A stretch of 64,000 bases of DNA from Macrostomum lignano (taxonomy: Eukaryota), in NCBI GenBank assembly GCA_002269645.1, contig NIVC01001497.1, positions 1 through 64,000 on the forward strand. Direction: 5' to 3'. This document shows, one piece after another, positions 63,763 through 64,000 of this stretch; position 1 is the stretch's first letter, and each line of letters begins with the position of its first letter. The position numbers were made by a program, and so were the translations under genes. The notes beneath the pieces were generated by a model that worked only from the letters and a program-made list of their open reading frames with translations, ran no database searches and was not told where the DNA came from.

Positions 63763-64000
63763 ATGTCATCGCCAGCTGCTGATGAAGCTGCTAAGCGGGA
63801 GGCCACTCAGCCAGCCGCCGCTGCCGCCGATACAGTCGGAGCAGCCGCCACACCGAACGGCGGCAACTACAAAGACTCTGTCAACGCTCTCCGATCAACT
63901 TTCCTAAGCGGCCAGACTCGCCCGCTGTCCTGGCGCCGCAAGCAGCTGGAGGCGCTGTACGCGCTGCTCACCGACCAGGAGGACCGCATCGCGGAGGCGC
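63763..64000 (+). CDS. aldh3: Aldehyde dehydrogenase family 3 (fatty aldehyde dehydrogenase-like), N-terminus, runs off the window
   Basis: Not in the ORF track. Translation MSSPAADEAAKREATQPAAAAADTVGAAATPNGGNYKDSVNALRSTFLSGQTRPLSWRRKQLEALYALLTDQEDRIAEA; the segment LR..F.SG.TRPL..R..QLEAL is the ALDH3 N-terminal signature. Confidence 0.8.
   Translation, partial: MSSPAADEAAKREATQPAAAAADTVGAAATPNGGNYKDSVNALRSTFLSGQTRPLSWRRKQLEALYALLTDQEDRIAEA

Overview
Eukaryotic animal genomic DNA. The GC-rich exons full of polyQ/polyA tracts, the minisatellite-filled introns and the NPF gene suggest a free-living flatworm such as Macrostomum; this is inference, not a database match. Six complete spliced genes and one partial gene can be reconstructed by hand. 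Minus strand: schnurri/HIVEP zinc-finger factor (6551-232), a 443-aa front-end fatty-acid desaturase (17985-13901) and a 393-aa apolipoprotein-L-like protein (29784-27866). Plus strand: an NPY/NPF neuropeptide precursor (21185-22640), a 743-aa cullin-2 (37082-43024), an ~1886-aa TRPM channel (46296-60949) and the start of an ALDH3 (63763 to the window end). Non-coding DNA holds more than 20 different tandem arrays, a deleted Tc1/IS630-like element, MITEs, tRNA-derived SINEs (including an inverted CORE-SINE pair) and a decayed Penelope-like retroelement. The most striking signal is mutational. A sharply bounded ~4-kb block (32.8-36.7 kb) is almost free of CpG and appears to have converted CG to TA. 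Across many unrelated tandem arrays, the variable sites form CG/TG/CA/TA series. This resembles repeat-targeted methylation plus CpA-to-TpA hypermutation (RIP-like) in an animal. All counts were made by eye and need computational confirmation.
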